From the NCBI GenBank assembly GCA_964016885.1, contig OZ024745.1, positions 124,930,001 to 124,994,000 of the forward strand: a DNA stretch of 64,000 nucleotides, in the 5' to 3' direction. The translations under genes and the position numbers were made by a program. Under the pieces are notes generated by a model. It saw only the letters and a list, made by a program, of their open reading frames with translations. It had not been told where the DNA came from and made no database searches. Below, piece after piece: positions 58,209 to 64,000 of this stretch (position 1 is the stretch's first letter; each line of letters starts with the position of its first letter). The DNA comes from Eledone cirrhosa (taxonomy: Eukaryota).

Positions 58209-59486
58209 ATCATATTTAAATTAGGCTACAAAGGAAAGTGATATTTTCCCCTTGAGTTAACATCAGCTTTCTCTCGCGCATAGCTGGCTTAACCGTGACA
58301 TACACTTTGAAATACCAAAGGTGCTGAGCTGGCTAGTCGCATGTGTGAGCCTTGCGAGTAGGAACGGATCTTCCAGCGCACCTCCTTTAACATCCTCCGG
58401 GGAAACGCCTTCTCTATTCTGTCCGCCGGGGCTGGAGGCCAGCACGTGGGACCGCATTTGCTCACCATACAGAGATATGGGGAGGGTGACAGTGATGGAG
58501 GTAATGACAGTGGGAGTTCGGCTCTTCCACGCTAGCACCATATCCTTCTGGTAGTGTTCATTATATATAGAGTATCTGTACTCTAACTGGCATCACTCCT
58601 GCATATAACCCCCCCCCCCCCGTCACACACACTCTTGCACGTAGATGTCCCCCAAGTAGAGACGAAGTTTCGTAATTACCACCCTTAAACTGTAATATTT
58701 TCCTGAGTTTTCATAATTGCTTTACTGTAGATAAACAGATTGTATCTCTATTTCCGTTATACTAATCTTTATAATAATTAACAACCATACTCGCAGCCTA
58801 TTTATTTCCGTGCTGTCTCGTAGATAAACGGATTGCTGAGAATTACAGTTTTACAGGAAGTATTTAAACAGCTAAAAGAAAACGATTTCGAATTGATCTT
58901 AATATTACGAAGTATAGGCTGCAATGTAATGCTGTACTTTTATTACTTTATATATAATACTAGACGTAAAATGTAATGTACTTTTGCATTCGTTCAGTTC
59001 TTATGAATTATTACAACAATTTTATGAGCTTAGATTTATGAAATATATATACAAGGTGTATTGTGGTCTATCGATTCGTCTATATACCTTTACAATTAAA
59101 CGTGCTGTATTGCGTCGAAGAGAGAATGCAGTACATATAATTCCTAATAACTGTATTGATACTGTATCACATCATTTTCTATTATTATTGTGTATTCATA
59201 ATTATATTATTAATGATAATTTATAGCATTATTGCATCCAATACAGAAATGTATGTTATCTCATAGGCACGTTCTATTCATATGTATGAAGTATTATTGC
59301 AAACTCAGATACAGATATATTTTCATTCAACAAATACAATGACAATAAAATGAATTGAGATGAAATGTATAAAAATACAAATAGTTTTAATATTTTTTTA
59401 ATGTCGTCATTTCGATTTGGAAATAGTTTTGTTATAGCAATTCTCAATTTGAAGTTTAACCCATATATATATATAAATATATAACC

Positions 59487-59603
<117 letters not shown>

Positions 59604-60029
59604 ACATATATATATATATATATGCTGAAACTATATGAGCTACTTGATAACATAACTAAGTTATTTCTGATGAATGGTGAGGTAATACATAATAATTTGT
59701 GATATATAATCTTTTTTTTTACTGACAGCAGTAATAAATATCAATTTATACTTACATATTGTCCTCTTCCTTTACCACTGGTTGTTATTATGTTAGCTTT
59801 CTTTTTGCTTTCTTGCCCCATACTCCACTACCCTATATTATTGTCCTTCGTAGCATTAAGCATTAATATTGCATATGTTAATTCCATTTAAGAACTGAAA
59901 TGAGCACACCATCTACTCATTATTATATTTCAAACCACGATAAGAATAATAGGATATTGACAGTTTATAACATTCAACTATATATGCATATTTATATGAC
60001 TATATGCTTGAATATATATATGTATGTAT

Positions 60030-60271
60030 AAACTAATGATGTTGCAGATGTGCAACAAAAGAACTGTATTAGACTATATATATGTGTTTATATCTATATT
60101 ATATCTGTATATTTCACCGTTGGTCAGTCAATGATAAACATTGAGGACCGAATGAATTAACTGTGGAGATATAAAACATACAGAAGCGAAAACCAACCAA
60201 ACATTGTGTGTGTTCTGTTATTATTTCTGGCAATATTATTACAACAATATGAGGCTCCACATGTATAACTA

Positions 60272-60275
<4 letters not shown>
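60030..60275 (+). mobile_element. PLE pseudo-LTR, subfamily A2 (degenerate)
   Basis: Matches 54400-54650. Confidence 0.7.
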
Positions 60276-60330
<55 letters not shown>

Positions 60331-60344
60331 TACTTGGGGAGCCT

Positions 60345-60623
60345 ATATATATATATTTATATATGTTTTTATTTTTATTTTTATTTGTACTTTTAAAGAA
60401 TTTCCTTTATTCTTTAAAAATTGTTTTCCTCCCTTTTCTCTCACCCTTTTTTAAAAATGTATTTCCACCACTCCCCCACACACCCTCGGAACCCTCTTTC
60501 TACCCACTTTTCTCCTGATGAAGGGCTCATGCCCGAAACGACCCCCCCGCCCCCCATTCTCAAGCGTGAAACTAAAAACCATATCATTTGTACTGCATCT
60601 CTTTTTTTGTTCTCTGTTTGTTC

Positions 60624-60628
<5 letters not shown>
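60345..60628 (+). mobile_element. Probable PLE end (family F) with partial hammerhead at 60515-60540
   Basis: CTGATGA-AGGGCTCATGCCC-GAAAC is present, but the cleavage site and stem I' are disrupted by a C-run. (AT)n flanks. Confidence 0.5.
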
Positions 60629-60675
<47 letters not shown>

Positions 60676-60679
<4 letters not shown>

Positions 60680-61875
60680 GTAGGTAGAAAAATCTTTCTC
60701 TATTCATGTATTTTGATTTGATATAAATGGACGGTCATACCTTGTCGGAGACTGTTTTTTGTCTGTCCTATGTAGTGCTTTTGACAACCTGAGAAGGTCA
60801 AAATATAGATTAGGTTTTCAGATGCACATGTAAAGTTGTTTAACTGTGAAATGTTGTCCTTGTTGAAAATGAAATGTTGAACCTTCTATTATATTTATAC
60901 ATATACCACAGTTGGGCCTTCCGCATTTTTTACTGTAGGTTTCATTGTGAGGGATGGTTGGATTTTGGCTTGTGTGAGGATGTGTTTTCATCCATAAAAA
61001 AACATCCTCACACAAGTCAAAATCCAAAGATTGCTTTCAGTGAACATATCGCCAATTGTACACATAACCAACATCCATACTTTAAAATTTTCCCCATTTA
61101 CAAATCCATGGACAACGCTTCTTTCATGCATCGTACCAATAAGGAAACCTACTTCATTAACAAATTCCAACCTCTACTCAATGGACTAAACTTCGGACTA
61201 AACTAAAACTGGAACGAACAATGAACCAAAACCAAATTCCTATCTTCTCTAAAGAGTTACCTCCCTCACACCCTACCAAATCCTTTTTCGTATATAAATG
61301 AATTACCCCCTCTAATTTCTCTCTCCTCAACTTGACCACCCTGAATTACCTCCCCCTGTATATTAAAAAGGGAAATCATATCAAACCCAGACTACCATTT
61401 GCCTCCATCATGGATCAACCAAGCGGTCTTGCCATAATAACACATTTTGAACTGCTTATCCTCAAGAACTATGCCTGTAAATAATATTACTTTTTCTTTT
61501 CCATTACCTTATCATGTTCCACATACCCCCTTTTTTCTTTTTTCTTCACTTCAAAAACCTTGTTTGTAAATAATATTATTCTTTCTTCCCCATTTCTTTA
61601 ACATGTTCAACATCACCAACATTTTACGCCAATACAAATTCCCCCTTTGATAATGCATAAAATGCTGAAACCGGTAATAGACTATTATTAAATATATAAA
61701 TAAATAAATAAATAAATGCCATTGTTAATCAATAAGTAAATTAACTAATACCTTAACACTTCACACAAAGTCAAATATTTTGTTTTAAACATTTTCTAAC
61801 CCAGAAAATAGAGAAGAAAATAACAGGAAAAAAAATATTTTTCTTCCTAATAATCGTCTTTCTCTCCCTATTTTC
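60676..61875. mobile_element. Neptune-like PLE fragment with internal inversion splitting the GIY-YIG domain
   Basis: Minus 60685-60990 encodes KKCGRPNCGIC...FTCASENLIYILTFSGCQKHYIGQTKNSLRQGMTVH...RKI. Plus 61026-61206 continues KIAFSEHIANC...KETYFINKFQPLLN. Degenerate hammerhead at 61647-61680 (TTGATAA..GAAA-CCGG-TA). Confidence 0.8.
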
Positions 61876-62017
<142 letters not shown>

Positions 62018-62046
62018 ATTCCAACTCGTGTGGTCCTACTCCACAT

Positions 62047-62081
<35 letters not shown>

Positions 62082-62112
62082 GTGTCTGCGTGTGAGTGAT
62101 ATATTTTATATG

Positions 62113-62196
<84 letters not shown>

Positions 62197-62299
62197 TGCG
62201 TGCGTGTGTGTGTGGTTTGGATGTGTCTGCGTGTGTGTGTGTAATTATGTATGTATAAGGTAAAATGCTATTTGCAATGTTTATGGACCTCCATGTTAC

Positions 62300-63290
62300 C
62301 CACAAAATTATGAACCATTAAATCCAAGTTTTTGAATACCTACTATGAATGGAAAAAACTAGAACAGATGGCCAACAATAAATTAAACTTCCCAATCAAA
62401 GGGATTACACACAATACATATAATATGTGTAATATTTTTAAAATGGTATTTAAAGAAAAGGATCCTTTAAAGCCAGTTCAATCTCTGTCTGTGTAAGTTG
62501 TACTGGCTTACGGGTTTTGTTGGATATTGTCCTATAAATAATAGTTTTTAAGCTATTTTCCTTTTTTAGCTCTGGGGGAGAATTTAAAGAAAATAGACCA
62601 TTCTCCTCCAAAGTTATATACTTCCGTACATTTTCCATTTGCTGGGCCATGTTCGAAATGTCAATAGTTCATACACAATGGTTTTTTTGGTAGTTTGAGC
62701 GAACGTCATTTTGTTCGCCCCCTCTTTGTTTACATTTGTCGAAATGTGGTTGTTTTCTTGTTTTTTGTTGTTACAGTTTTCATTTTTTGTTGGGTTTGTG
62801 TTATTTATGTTAGTGTATGCGTTCACGTTGTTTTCCCCGTTGGGGTTAGACTCCATTTTTTCAAAATGTTCAATTATATTTTCAGTATCCGAAAGACTTG
62901 TATTCTTTCACCTTTGCTGGTGGGCGTGGCACCGGGAAAAGTCGAAACGGCATCCATTACTGTTGGCAATTTCTCCGAGTCAATTTTTTTTCAATTTTTT
63001 TTCATTACGATTAGGCTCCATTTTTTTTATGTTTCTAATAATCATTATTCTTTCAGTAGGGAAGCTTCTGGCCTCCGCTACCCGCTCTCCTTCAGTTTGT
63101 TTAGTGGGTATGTCATTGTTACCTGTGGTAATGGCATTAGCACTAGCAATCACAAGATTTTTAGGATGAAATATTTCACCCCAAAAGGGGTGAAATAAAT
63201 TAACCCTAATGTACGAAGACCCAGGCGAGGGGGTTAATTAACACAATAACGCAAGAATACAGACAAACACTTACTGTTAACACGTAATAT
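62300..63290 (-). mobile_element. Possible 5' region / ORF1 fragment of a non-LTR element
   Basis: Frameshifted minus ORFs (Asn-rich MESNPNGENN..., then ENVRKYITLEENGLFS...ELALKDPF) with non-microsatellite composition. Family not recognised. Confidence 0.3.
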
Positions 63291-63533
63291 ATCCAATACT
63301 CGAGGAGCCGATGTGAAGAACGTCTATACCATCCGGAGATAGATAGATAGATAGACGTGTACCAAACACACACACACATATGTCTTACTCTCTCTCTGTA
63401 CCTACCTCTTTCTCTCTTCATACATATATATATTGTTGTTGAATGCTATTTGCAATGTTTATGGACCTCCATGTTACATGGTAGACTAGACTGAAAAAAG
63501 AAAATATATATGTATGTGTGTTGGGGGGGGGGG

Positions 63534-63657
<124 letters not shown>

Positions 63658-64000
63658 TATATTATACACACACACACACATATATATATATAAATGCATG
63701 TATATATACAAATGTATAAATGCATAGCTATATACATATGTAAATGTATGTATATATGTATGTATGTAGATTTTTATATATATATATCTACATACATAGA
63801 TACATACATATATACATACATACATTTATATGTATATAGCTATGCATTTATACATTTGTATATATACATGCATTTATATTTAAGTGTGTGTGTGTGTTGA
63901 CATGATTATTTATGTTTTTTTTTTATTGGTACGGAGAAAATTCTGTCTCCAGATGTTATTACCTAAGGAGATTAAATACCACACCTCTGGCTGAAAGCTG

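Overview
This is very AT-rich eukaryotic (metazoan) DNA packed with (AT)n, (AC)n and (GAT)n microsatellites. The SINE families and repeat landscape strongly resemble an octopus or other coleoid cephalopod (inference). I could not identify any host gene, and nearly all listed ORFs are microsatellite read-throughs. The dominant signal is about a dozen distinct families of Penelope-like element (PLE) ends, almost all sitting in (AT)n tracts. Most form fold-back inverted repeats with an extra 'tail' on one arm only. Most carry a type I hammerhead ribozyme motif: stem I - CTGANGA - stem II - GAAA - palindromic stem III - UH - stem I'. Six are linked to GIY-YIG endonuclease fragments. The most striking single object is a young, non-coding 310-bp hammerhead-bearing unit in tandem plus inverted copies (14213-15286), resembling a retrozyme. 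Also present: a twin-primed (5'-inverted) RTE insertion with a TSD, a probable non-autonomous Helitron containing RTE and CRE LINE fragments, decayed RTE and R4-like RT fragments, and multiple tRNA-derived SINEs. Family letters are my own labels. All alignments and folds were done by eye, so boundaries are approximate.
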